Assembly (NCBI GenBank): GCA_002633005.1
Contig: NMRA01000120.1
Coordinates: 858,353-922,352, forward strand
Direction of reading: 5' to 3'
From: Phoronis australis
Lineage: Eukaryota > Animalia > Phoronida
Length of the DNA: 64,000 nt
Under the pieces are notes generated by a model. The model saw nothing but the letters and a program-made list of their open reading frames with translations, searched no databases and was not told where the DNA came from. Numbering within the stretch: position 1 is the first letter of the stretch; every line of letters starts with the position of its first letter. The translations under genes and the position numbers were made by a program. Of this stretch, positions 52,501 to 61,132 are shown one piece after another.

Positions 52501-53197
52501 GCCCTTTTCATCTCCGTTACAATATCATCATTGTCACTTTCACCACCGCCTTTTTCAACGCGTCGCAATTGTTGTGTCAGTTCAAGAAATTGCGGTATAA
52601 AGTTATGACGATTTTCTAGAAAATATAATTATCTTAAAGTGGCATACAGCGCTTAAAATTGGTCTCGATTGTTCGTTAATCAAAATAAGTGTGGTTTATG
52701 GGCTTGGCATGAACGGACACTGAATTGCTATTGCTTGGGATCAGGCTCTAATATTGACTTGTCACGGCGTGTCATTTCATGTGCTGGGCACGGTCTCCAC
52801 TCAAGGAATTGCGAACTGTCAATTCTTTGCAATATCTAAAAACACTTCACATCGTACGGAACAAGGTGAGACCAAATTTATAGCAGTTAAGTAAGATTTC
52901 GTTTAGCCGACGGAATGCAGGTTTATTGCCGTTTTCAACCGTACAATGAGAGTGAAATATTGCTTTATCCTGTGCTGAATGTCGTTCACTATGAGGTCGC
53001 CGGAAATTAGTCAGCGGGGACCAGTCTGGGGGTGGGATCGAGACTCGAAACAATCGGTTCCATAACAATTGACTGTCCGCCAAACATTCAAAACACACCA
53101 CTGTATTCTCAATTACCCCCAACGCCAACTAGTTCATTTTTGACACATGGTTCAAGAATTCTAACTTACCAGCAAGATGATAACTTGAAGTTGACAT
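205..53197 (-). CDS. Multi-exon gene (3'-incomplete): signal peptide + 4 L1/neuroglian/hemolin-like Ig domains + >=17 Sushi/CCP-like domains
   Basis: Hand-spliced exon chain with GT-AG boundaries and matching phases throughout. N-terminal product: MSTSSYHLADGLLMLNVLFHVANALEEPPKIIQGPKD...FTCVVAGSPRPKITWFKG...YFQCFIENDHG...IPCQP...VWQK...ITVHYPPSF...GELAKLICK...PQPEKGTWFVNG...LKLLNIQKSVRVQCLIGNKLG..., then repeated 4-Cys+Trp modules. No stop or TM segment within the window. Confidence 0.85.
777..1010 (-). CDS. Sushi-like exon, subtype A (234 nt, phase 1-1)
   Basis: tttag|GT, G|gtaaac; same 4-Cys/Trp pattern. Confidence 0.9.
1354..1587 (-). CDS. Sushi-like exon, subtype A (234 nt, phase 1-1)
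   Basis: tttag|GT, G|gtgaca; open frame. Confidence 0.9.
1910..2143 (-). CDS. Sushi-like exon, subtype A (234 nt, phase 1-1)
   Basis: ttcag|GT, G|gtgaca; open frame. Confidence 0.9.
2457..2684 (-). CDS. Sushi-like exon, diverged subtype B (228 nt, phase 1-1)
   Basis: ttcag|TT, weak A|gtagca donor; in-frame 12-nt shortening; all 4 Cys and Trp retained. Confidence 0.7.
3769..3779 (-). other. Possible retroelement primer-binding site (tRNA-Phe type)
   Basis: TGGTGCCGAAA on the minus strand, complementary to the 3' end of eukaryotic tRNA-Phe (UUUCGGCACCA); about 110 bp from the LTR-like segment. Confidence 0.35.
3893..4341 (-). mobile_element. LTR-like segment (about 450 bp)
   Basis: TGTGA...TCACA termini; on the minus strand TATAAA followed later by AATAAA near the 3' end; no clean TSD. 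Confidence 0.55.
4458..4691 (-). CDS. Sushi-like exon, subtype A (234 nt, phase 1-1)
   Basis: ttcag|GT, G|gtaaca; open frame. Confidence 0.9.
4995..5189 (-). pseudogene. Sushi-like pseudo-exon, subtype B (195 nt) with in-frame TAA
   Basis: VPSCKTMRSLNGNMPMIISRSQPITRLCLNT*VFGTGMPPMVFTCSS...WSPCTDN; stop at 5092-5094; two in-frame deletions; AG and GT both intact. Confidence 0.85.
5798..5933 (-). CDS. Partial Sushi-like exon, subtype B (5' part lost in gap)
   Basis: ITLQCLGIKVFANGKSSMVFTC...CTEN, G|gtaaat; near-identical to the exons at 6442, 10419 and 18299. Confidence 0.6.
6442..6681 (-). CDS. Sushi-like exon, subtype B (240 nt, phase 1-1)
   Basis: ttcag|TT, G|gtaaat; VPSCKLDL...CLGIKVFANG...FTC...WSPTLSQC. 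Confidence 0.9.
7975..8214 (-). CDS. Sushi-like exon, subtype C (240 nt, phase 1-1)
   Basis: ttcag|GT, G|gtaatt; ...LVCKDSKVFTDG...FTC...WTPALSPC. Confidence 0.9.
8731..8970 (-). CDS. Sushi-like exon, subtype B (240 nt, phase 1-1)
   Basis: ttcag|TT, G|gtaaac; open frame. Confidence 0.9.
9404..9625 (-). CDS. Sushi-like exon, subtype D (222 nt, phase 1-1)
   Basis: ttaag|CC, G|gtaact; C-like with a 6-aa shorter N-part. Confidence 0.85.
9831..10070 (-). CDS. Sushi-like exon, subtype C (240 nt, phase 1-1)
   Basis: atcag|GT, G|gtaatt; open frame. Confidence 0.9.
10419..10658 (-). CDS. Sushi-like exon, subtype B (240 nt, phase 1-1)
   Basis: ttcag|TT, G|gtaaat; open frame. Confidence 0.9.
11109..12500 (+). 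mobile_element. Decayed hAT DNA transposon (transposase C-terminal dimerisation domain remnant)
   Basis: LIKLAKLLLVMPATNASSKRAFRALRRVKS*LCSTMGQ (12137-12380) matches the hAT C-terminal 'PATxAxxERxFS.L' motif with stops; CAGGGCCGTAGGAA hAT-like end at 11109; right end not located. Confidence 0.75.
14610..14822 (-). CDS. Sushi-like exon, diverged subtype E2 (213 nt, phase 1-1)
   Basis: cacag|TC, G|gtaagt; LPPCQLNL...SVTLQCVSNAAFTDGSTSKSFTCSRSSGFWTPALSGC. Confidence 0.9.
15468..17153. mobile_element. Kolobok-like non-autonomous DNA transposon
   Basis: TTAA TSD (15464-15467 and 17154-17157); 15-bp TIRs AGGAGCATGCCACCC / GGGTGGCATTCTCCT (14/15 match); decayed THAP-like ORF 16776-16988(-) MPLCC...RKWLMAV...LRVC; opposing fragment GYQFEQEYSDEE from about 16588(+). 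Confidence 0.85.
17379..17594 (-). CDS. Sushi-like exon, subtype D (216 nt, phase 1-1)
   Basis: ttaag|CC, G|gtaact; open frame. Confidence 0.85.
17708..17947 (-). CDS. Sushi-like exon, subtype C (240 nt, phase 1-1)
   Basis: ttcag|GT, G|gtaatt; open frame. Confidence 0.9.
18299..18538 (-). CDS. Sushi-like exon, subtype B (240 nt, phase 1-1)
   Basis: ttcag|TT, G|gtaaat; open frame. Confidence 0.9.
20513..20731 (-). CDS. First Sushi-like exon, diverged subtype E1 (219 nt, phase 1-1)
   Basis: tacag|AG, G|gtaagt; LSPCFLNL...SVTLQCLDNKAFADGTTSKSFLCSKNEGSWIPALIPC. Confidence 0.9.
21477..21644 (-). CDS. Ig4 second half (168 nt, phase 1-1)
   Basis: tttag|AA, A|gtaagc; HTGDVVLYDGGDYTELKLLNIQKSVRVQCLIGNKLGYEIQSALVNV. 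Confidence 0.85.
24599..24733 (-). CDS. Ig4 first half (135 nt, phase 1-1)
   Basis: tttag|AT, C|gtaagt; PPSFSDLWKDMTVTQGELAKLICKSKNKKPQPEKGTWFVNGK. Confidence 0.9.
25875..26065 (-). CDS. Ig3 second half (191 nt, phase 2-1)
   Basis: tttaag|G, T|gtgagt; LPFIRHTWVFPP...HEGIYEYTGTL...FEITVH. Confidence 0.8.
27616..27730 (-). CDS. Ig3 first half (115 nt, phase 1-2)
   Basis: tttcag|GT, GC|gtaagt; KIQEAFTKLVYPANNKRYQPRTIVAGSDFNLKIIMGA; phase matches the next exon. Confidence 0.8.
28551..28715. repeat. (AC)n microsatellite followed by (GTCT/GTCC)-type tetranucleotide repeats
   Basis: Direct reading. Confidence 0.9.
32382..32522 (-). CDS. Candidate Ig2 second half (141 nt, phase 1-1)
   Basis: tatag|AG, A|gtaacc (both sites weak); LEIRTLETVKYTVIHATLKLKSQILTCIHRHYDHVKNFYISIQLHE supplies the missing E/F strands and Cys; the only fitting open phase-1 candidate I found. 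Confidence 0.55.
33108..33302 (-). CDS. Ig2 first half (195 nt, phase 1-1)
   Basis: tgcag|AC, G|gtgaaa; AYPGQTAEIPCQP...ISYVWQK...DRIQFVP, resembling L1/contactin Ig2. Confidence 0.8.
37850..38061 (-). CDS. Ig1 second half (212 nt, phase 2-1)
   Basis: ttctag|A, T|gtgagt; ITWFKG...GQTLRVIGL...DDTYFQCFIENDHGGDISRPARLRVY; not in the ORF track. Confidence 0.9.
38672..38771 (-). CDS. Ig1 first half (100 nt, phase 1-2)
   Basis: ttgtag|AA, AA|gtaagt; EPPKIIQGPKDTQGNEKTDVEFTCVVAGSPRP, an I-set start. Confidence 0.9.
40789..41413. mobile_element. MITE with CAGTGGCGGAT / AAATCCGCCTATG ends, carrying a tRNA-like segment
   Basis: Terminal inverted repeats with G/C-rich subterminal tracts; CATGA repeated on both flanks. 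Confidence 0.6.
41036..41103 (-). other. tRNA-derived (SINE-head-like) sequence
   Basis: A box TGGTGCAGTGG and B box GTTCGAGTC; acceptor and anticodon stems not convincing. Confidence 0.5.
42013..43640. repeat. Degenerate tandem repeat, units of about 110 bp, about 12-13 copies
   Basis: Core CATTTCAACTAATTCAACTATTCCCACTAATCGCTGCGCCACCTG recurs at about 42150, 42260, 42440, 42550, 42660, 42770, 42885, 42997, 43099, 43210 and 43495; inverted pieces near 43300-43390 and 43600. Confidence 0.85.
44387..44538. mobile_element. About 150-bp MITE (family also at 46781-46933 and 56436-56580)
   Basis: CAGGGGC..ATTT / AAATCCGCCACTG ends; ATTAC on both flanks; internal sequence shared with the other two copies. 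Confidence 0.75.
46781..46933. mobile_element. About 150-bp MITE, second copy
   Basis: CAGGGGCGGAT...AAATCCGCCATTG; aligns by eye to 44387-44538. Confidence 0.7.
47514..47561 (-). CDS. Signal-peptide exon (48 nt, phase 1-1)
   Basis: ttctttattgcag|AT, G|gtaagt; GLLMLNVLFHVANAL has a hydrophobic core with an A-x-A cleavage motif and joins in frame to EEPPKII. Confidence 0.75.
48588..48650 (-). other. tRNA-derived (SINE-head-like) fragment
   Basis: Perfect B box GGTTCGAATCC, degenerate A box TAGCTCTGACAG. Confidence 0.45.
48780..48990. mobile_element. Tc1/mariner-type MITE
   Basis: TA TSD; perfect 25-bp TIR CGGTGGCCCGAAAGTATCATCGCTA; internal 21-bp TTTCCACCTAGGTGAAAATAG-type repeats. Confidence 0.85.
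51606..51777. repeat. Tandem duplication, 86-bp unit x2
   Basis: Two adjacent essentially identical copies. Confidence 0.9.
53170..53197 (-). CDS. Candidate first coding exon (MSTSSYHLA, phase-1 donor)
   Basis: cttttgtag acceptor at 53212-53213, ATG 14 nt into the exon, G|gtaagt donor; phase fits the 47514-47561 exon. Confidence 0.5.
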
Positions 53198-54204
53198 TAT
53201 CTTAGCCCAGTCTACAAAAGTTGTCTTAGATGTAATTTACGAACAGTTTACTATACATTACTGATTCCATTTTTTATAAAGATTAGTTGTGTATTTTGCA
53301 TCACAACTACTAGCTCATAAAGAATATGAATACAAACTTTTATTTCCGCCATGATATCTGATTTCATTGTTTTGAGTTTTGTTTGTTTGTTTATTATTTC
53401 TTTTTTGTTTGTGTGTGTTCTAACCTCGTAATTTATCACTGTCTGCTGCTGTATCATATATTTATACATGCATACCTGTATACAATCAGGGTAATTTTAT
53501 CGTAGGCCTACTCACCGCACAGTCACAGCACCACCTATACGACTATTTGTAAAGATAAACGATTTTGCAAACAAACAGTAGCTGGCATAGTAATTCTCGC
53601 TATGTAATCTTTACTCTACTCATTCTGTTTAAATTTGTCAACATGAATGGCCGTAGGGTTTAATTTCACCCGGGTGCTATTCACTGATTAAAAATAGGCC
53701 TTAGTTTCTGTTACCGTATCAATTGCTGCTGACATTCACCACTGGTGTCGCTGTGACAGGGTAAGCGGTTGCCATTACAGGATTTTTCGACTCTTGCACG
53801 ATTTCCTTATTATTTTAATAAGCCTTCTTCAATTGAATTTTTTAACACAAGATTTCTTCAGTGAGAGGTTTTTTGTTGAATCAAATCTCTGAATTGGCAA
53901 AAAGAAATATTAAAAAGTTTAGCAGGGTTTGTCCCACCATATAGCTGTCATGAAATAGCACTTTTGTCATTAGGACAAATGCTGTTACTGTTACGTAACA
54001 GTGTTGGAATTGAACAAATTTGGGCGTATTCAGCCCAGAGCTGCTGAGAACGTAGGGCAAAATCACACTGTTAATGTTTACCGTGGTGTATTTAAATGGT
54101 CAATTTCTTGGTCCAAACGCTTTTTGTTCCTAAGCCTAACAATCAGCTCATTCAGCAGTGTTCAGTATTTCCTGACAGCTGGACACCTTTAAGTAGAGAT
54201 AGAG

Positions 54205-55908
54205 ACTAGAAAGATTATTGTCACAGCGTGACAATAATGGACTCTGCGCGTGCATATTAAAGGAATTGTTACGGGAAGTTATTGACAGCAACCCCATTTA
54301 CCAATATGAAAAGAAATTCTTTAAAATTGTAGGAGTAATTACATGTTAATGTTTTGATGACCTTTCCACTAACTGACCTCTTCCGGTGCATTATGAACCC
54401 CAGTGAGGGAATAATTGTACAACCAATTTAAAGTAAAGTTAATGCTAAGAATCACAGATGTTTTTCTCTAAGCACTTAAGAATACAACATGAATGAATTG
54501 GTCAAACTTTCAGAAGAAAAATGCACCTAATGACCCCATGGATGCACCAAATGACCCAAAAATTTAGAATTCAAACTCAATCGCGTTTAATAAACAGATA
54601 TGTAATTTTGAAGTCTCTAGCTCAAAATTTTAATTTTGCACTCAATGACCTTTGACCTATTTTTTCTGATTGGTTAGGCCTATTGCGTAGTTAAGTAGGT
54701 TGTTCAATTGGCATGGTGACATACACTACTGTGCTGAAATTGAAAAGAATTCCTTGAAAAACGAAAGAGATATAACATTTTGAACGTTAACTGACCTTTG
54801 CACTAATTGACCCTATCCGGTGCATTATAAGCGTCTTTAGGAGAATTATTGCAAAGCCCATGGAAAATGTGTGTAATGCTGAGAATCACAGTTGTCTAAC
54901 GGTTGACACATCAGTGTACTTGGAGAATGAAAAGGTCAAATTTTCAGAAGAAAAATGCACCTAATGACCCCATGTTTGCACTAAATGACCTGAAACTTTG
55001 GATTCCAAATTGAATTATCTGTGCCAATCAGAACTGTGAATTTGAAGTGTCTAGCTCAAAATTTTAGTTTGCACCTAATGACCTTTGACCTGTTTAACCT
55101 GACTGGATGACCCAATTGCTTAGAAAAGTAATTTTTTAAATTGTCATGTTGACTTATACCTGTGCGCTGAAATTGAAAAGAATTCTTTGAAAAACGTAAG
55201 AGATATAACATTTTGAACGTTACATGACCTTTGCACTAATTGACCTTATCCGGTGCATTTTAAGCATCTTTTGGAGAATTATTGCAAAGCCCATGGAAAA
55301 TGTGTTTAACGCTGAGAATCACAGTTGCCTAACGGTTGACACATCTGAATACTTGCTGATTGAATAGGTCAAATTTTCAGAAGAAAAATTCACCTAATGA
55401 CCCCATGTTTGCACTAAATGACCTGAAACTTTGGATTCCGGTTTGATTTACCTGTGGCAATCAGACATGTTTATTTGAAGTGTCTAGTTCAAAATTTTAG
55501 TTTGCACCTAATGACCTTTGACCTGTTTCACCTGATTGGATGTCCCGATTACTTAGAAAAGTAATTTTTCAAATTGTCATGTTGACCTTTGCCTGTGCAC
55601 CGAATTTGAAAAAGATAGCTTTAAAACTGAAGGAGGAGTAGCATTTTGAAAATTATATGACCTTTGCACCAAATGACCCCTTCCGGTGCAATATGGAATA
55701 TGATTATATAATCAATCAAAATTTATATACTGTCAAAAGTCATATGCTGAATTTAAAGACCGTACCTGCACCCAATTTGGAGTTATTAAGCCTCAAAGTT
55801 GGTCGGAAGAAGAATAAGAAGAATAAGAATAAGAAGAATAAGAATAAGAATAAAATTGAAGAAAACCCAGGAACAACAGTACTCTGCGCTTACACGCGCA
55901 GAGTAATA
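54205..55908 (-). mobile_element. Helentron-associated (DINE-1/HINE-like) non-autonomous element with 433-bp central tandem repeats
   Basis: On the minus strand: subTIR with adjacent inverted copy (55880-55905), (CTTATT)n microsatellite (55807-55853), about 3 x 433-bp repeats (TGACCTTT starts near 54358, 54792, 55225, 55658), second subTIR ACTCTGCGCGTG (54241-54252), 11-bp stem-loop (54214-54238) and CTAGT end. Confidence 0.8.
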
Positions 55909-56435
55909 AAACGACAAGCCACGTGATTAGTGCAAAGCGCCATCTGCGTGCTAAACTTTGCAGTATAGGTGGCGCTGTGTCAGAGGGTAGGATGAATGGG
56001 TAACCTGGTTCCCGGGCCTCACAAGTGACGTCACGGATTGCTTGTGAAGGCCCAGGTACAGCGCACTAGAACGATGGTTTTCATTGGCTGTCAGCTGGCA
56101 ATTTTTAACCAGGAAGTTTGCTCTGCGCATGCTGACATCCGGTATTACGTTCTCAGGTCGCTAGGTGTCGCCAGAGTAAAAGTTATTTTGAGACTGGGTC
56201 GAGTTTGCGGTCGGGGGGAACTCTTTGGTGAGGTAGCTGTTTATATATTGTGATATTACCAACAAACTGTAGTAGAATCATGTAATTAACGTTTCTTTAC
56301 TAGGAAAATAAACCTGAATTAACAATGGCTTCACTCTTTTCACTTGGCATTTTTTCAGTTTCATTGTTTGAATGCATTTTATGAATTGAAAACGTCCCGA
56401 AATCCTGGATCCTCCCCTGCTGTAAGATCTTACAG

Positions 56436-56580
56436 CAGGGGATGATCCAGGATTTTGAGTTAGGGGGTAGCGGCAAGGGCAGAGTATTTTGCCTGTCAGA
56501 CATTTGCACCCCCAAACAAGCAAATGGAATCTGGGAGAATTTTAGGCAGGGCCATGGCCCTCTTGCCGCGCCCCCTTCCC
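56436..56580. mobile_element. About 150-bp MITE, third decayed copy
   Basis: Similar to the 44387 and 46781 copies; left end forms a palindrome with an inverted end fragment. Confidence 0.6.
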
Positions 56581-58323
56581 CCTATCTGTCTTAGTACAGT
56601 GTTACAGTAGACACTGCTGGCACCCAATTTCCACCACTTCGCAGACTACACAGTCTTCACTTCCTAGAACAACACAATTTTTGACCCTCCAGGTAGCCAA
56701 AATTCTCACCTCGTTGACATAATAATTTTTTCTTCCCCATTTCCCTTTTTGAGGTGGGACCCCGCACAACGTGAGGGTCCTTAGCCATTCAGATCACCTT
56801 GGGTATATTCGGGACCTCAAACTTCTCAATGGAGGTGAATTTAACCTTCGTGATTATCAAACTTAGTGGAGAATGATTGGCCATAAAGTTCGAGCATGCA
56901 CTGAAAACATTAACTTCCAAGGGCATCCAGAACACCTTGGGTGTTTTCGTAACCTCAAATTTCACCTAATAGGTGAACGCTCTCTTCATGTGTGCGGACT
57001 TCAGTTACCTTATTATTGTCAAGATTGAAAATCACGTGACTTGCCATATTTTGGATAACATTCATCTCCGAGAGGATATTTGAGGCTACGAAAATACCTG
57101 AAGTGTTTCTAAGAAAAAATTGTACATGTAAATAGGAAAATAGCCGAGGTGCTCCAGATGTTCCGAGGGTAAATTTGTAGCTACTAAAATACCCGAGAGT
57201 TGTTCCAAATGGGCCCTAACCTTTAGTTTTGTGCATATCTGGTACTAGAAGAATCTCCACCCGTTTAGACAGTGGCTAAAAAACCTTGTTTGTGGTCCGA
57301 GGTTTGGACTTCAATAAAATTGTAGCCTAATGTTTCAAATGCACAACCTTTTTATAAGAGCTAATGCTAACAACTGAATCCTTTCGTAATAATTCTTGGA
57401 CAGCTGTCTTTTTCACCCATTAAGCTTGAAGAAGTCGGCTCAGGGATTCCTGTTGTCAAAAATGAGTCTGGTGTCCAAGGTTTTAAAAATACAGGTTTCT
57501 TTTGCAGTAGGAAAAAGGTATCATATACAGTGTGTTTAACTTCCAGAGTGAAACCCATTGTATTCATGGGAAAAAGTTTGCTTTGGTAGGGATTTTTTCA
57601 AGCACAATTTTGAAAAGAAATTGTTTGAGAAAAATCACCCAATTGAGTGTTGTATTTTGTATAAACCTGTGGGAGTACCCCCTTGGAATGGTTTTAGGAG
57701 GGTACTCTGAAAGCCCAAGGATGGTGAAATGAACCCTATCCCTATACCTAACAATGTGAGTTGAACATCTTGGGAAGTACAAGCACAATTGTTTCTTCAG
57801 AATGCGCTTATCAGATGGTGTCTTCTAGCTTCCAGATTTCCTTTGAATTAAATCCCTTAAAGTTGCTATAAATGCGTCTTATGTGAAAAAGAATAAATTT
57901 TGATCTGAACAAATTACCACTATATACAGGAATTGGAATGACTATAAGAGGAAAATTTTCCAGGTGATCTATCATTTCACAAATAGGCTTGTGTGATGGA
58001 AATATTTTTGTGTTGTAAAATTAAACTGAAATAAATGTTTTTGCATGAATCAAGTTAGCCAAAAAAAAATGACGATAAAAAAGAAGCTGGAAATCGAATA
58101 AGAGGAAATAAAAACGAACAAGGAAAATTCCAAGCCCTGTATATATCCCTGTCTCAACTTGTTCTTTAGTGGACTTGGAAGAATTCAAACTTTGTTATTG
58201 CTCAAAGCCATAGTTCTTGCACCAGGTCTTAAGCAATAACAAACTATCAGTTCAACCGAAGCCAATATACCACATGTAATCTCAGTAAGGAACAGAACGA
58301 GATCAAGAGTCTGATCACGAGCG

Positions 58324-58868
58324 CACACATGAAGATTGACATCAGACACTAGTATCCAAATCCAATGCCAATCTTCATGTGAGTGCTTGTGATTTTTGCT
58401 GCTAATTTGGCCAAAACCAACATTGTTTGTACCAGACCATTCTTATATTGTTACATGACGATTCTAAAAAGAGGTTGGGTTAATAGCAGCTAGAAAAATG
58501 GTACAATTTGTGGATACGGAACTTCAAAAGGGTTCATTTTTTCAACACAGTTTAGTACAGATGTTTTATTATTCTCCACATAGCATTTAAATGCNCACAC
58601 ACATGAAGATTGACATCAGACACTAGTATCCAAATCCAATGCCAATCTTCATGTGAGTGCTTGTGATTTTTCCAACTAATTTGGCCAAAAACAACATTGT
58701 TTGTACCAGACCAATCTTATATTGTTACATGACGGTTCTAAAAAGAGTTTGGGTAAATAGCAGCTTGAAAAATGGTACAATTTGTGGATAAGGAATGACA
58801 AAAGGGTTCATTTTTTCAACACAGTTTAGTACAGATGTTTTATTATTCTCCACATAGCATTTAAATGC
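58324..58868. repeat. Tandem duplication, about 274 bp x2
   Basis: Two near-identical copies joined at a single N (58595); possibly an assembly or haplotype artefact. Confidence 0.7.
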
Positions 58869-59584
58869 TTTTTGGGCTAAACAGATTCTAACCCAGTCTT
58901 GTATAGATTGATTTAAAACAATGAAAAGGGATTATGCGATCATGTTTTGGGAATACACCTCTAGAGTGAAACTTTCATTCCAAATCGAACTTGAAATTGT
59001 TTTTGTCACTTCTAGTCCACATCCTTGCGAGATCAAGATAGTACTTAATGACCACTAGATTGGAGCTAAAATTTGAGTAAAAACTCAAGATTTCTAGTAA
59101 AACCTCGAACTCAGACTCAAACTTTTAGCTGTAATGCTGGGATCATTAATTGCCATCAATAAGTACTCAAGTATAGAATAAAAGAAACTTATCTCGAATT
59201 CAAACAAAACTAGAAAAATAAAATAACAAAAATAATTCTGTGTAAAAAGTTGAAACTCAGGGCCCAGGTGTTAATTTCATAATGGTTTATGCTTTCACAA
59301 GGCAGTGAATGTGCAACTTGAATGGCAGCGGGGTCTTTAATAACCTATTCCCATGTAGCAAACCTGGTGTAGTCAGAATTATTCAAGAGGTTGCTAAACT
59401 TGAAATTGTTGGTAACCAATGACTGTAATGTGAGGCAACTTGGAGGCACTGCATGAACAGGGGACAGGGACAGGGAAGCTAGGCAAGAACAAAACTGAAA
59501 TGAGTTCCTATCAGGGAATGGGTTTGCAATGAGGAGGGGATAGCCCTGTTGTGCGCCCACGGCTATCTTAATACCCAGACTTTG

Positions 59585-59845
59585 TATTGGTTGTTAGTTG
59601 GCAACCAACTAACTCACTCTCGGTCTACTGACCTCATTTTGTTTCCACTGCTAGGTGAAGCAGGTATTAGTTCTGAGTTGGCAACCAACTAACTCCCTAT
59701 CTATCTCTTGGGACACTATTTACTTCGTCACCAGATGGAGCAACTGCTGGTTGTTAGTTGGCAACCAACTCACTCTCAGTTTGCACTCATCTTGATTCCG
59801 ATACCAGGTGGGGCAACAATTGGTTTTTATTTGGCAACTAACTAA
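59585..59845. repeat. Degenerate tandem repeat, units of about 75-85 bp
   Basis: GTTAGTTGGCAACCAACT-like core recurs four times. Confidence 0.6.
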
Positions 59846-61132
59846 GCTCTTTGTAATTCTATTTGTTGTATTAGTCCGCACAAATCGTAGCACTGAAAAC
59901 TGCGATTTTCCATCATCCCAAATTATCTAAGGAAGCAACAAGACGAAACGTGATTTTTTGCTTCAGAGGCATTTGTAACGAAGTATCTATCTCAATGATG
60001 TCTATGACTGAGTCAATGGATCCATCGAAGTAGAGAAATTCCTGGGGAACTTCACGGAAATTCATGCGAGATTAACCTGAAGCACGAAAATAATCTTTTC
60101 TATTTATTAAAACCATTCATGGCCACAAAAATAGAAACGACATTTTCCAAATTGGCAAGGGAAATATGTCGTATTCTGGGTCTACAATGCAGGATCTAAT
60201 CGTAAGACTCAAATCGGACTGAGATTTGAAATCAAATCAATCACGCTGCATTGTTCGGGTACAAATGTGAAAGTTTACTCGAAGCGTGTCATGCAATTGG
60301 ACAATATTTGACATCTAGTTTCGACTACAGAGATTGGACCTCGGGTCCAAATTCTCAGCGCGACAAACAAGTTCATGATGAACTTTTCGCATTTATCCTA
60401 AAAGCCTCACCAGGGTGAAACATCTGGTGTCACACTCAAAACAATAACTAGCAAATACATTTACAGGTGGGTAATATACAGCAGACATGAGCAGGTCACC
60501 ACAAGTACCCGTCAAATTGCTGGTATCAGCGATGATGATCAGACTGCTATTGATTCTGTAGCCAAGAACTGGTGTTAATCATAAGGTAATTTGAAATTTC
60601 TTATTTGGAAAAACGTTCTACCATGAAAGCGTTTAAGCTATAATGCATTTTAGACCGGACATGTTTTAGGTGTATTTATTTTAACGCTGTGGAATGTCTC
60701 GTTTTCATCCACTGAAATGTAGTCAAGGTAACAAAATTCGATAGCTATTACATGTATATTTCCAACTGCTCTTAGTAGTATTTCCGTCGTTGGCGGGCAG
60801 AGTTGATTCCCTCATTGCGAGCAGTTAACATTCCACCAAATATAGCGTAGTTTTAGGTCGCGTTATAAAACTGAAATTGGCGCCAACTTTGCTGATAAAG
60901 TTCATATTTAAATTCAAGTATCGAGAGTTTGTCAGTTTTGTATGAATACGAAGTACATGATCAGATGGCACACGAGAAACCAGAAAGAAAGTTACGAGCA
61001 GATTTTTTTCTGCTACCGACTCACTTGCAGGATTCTGCCACGCGAAACCGTCAGTCGTATACCTGTGAGTAAATTGCCAATACCTACCGCCACGACACAA
61101 TGGTTAGGGAACACGTGACAGCTGTTCTCCTG

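Noticed and set aside
58324-58868. Biologically meaningful 274-bp duplication
   Set aside because: The copies join at an ambiguous base, which is typical of a scaffold overlap artefact.
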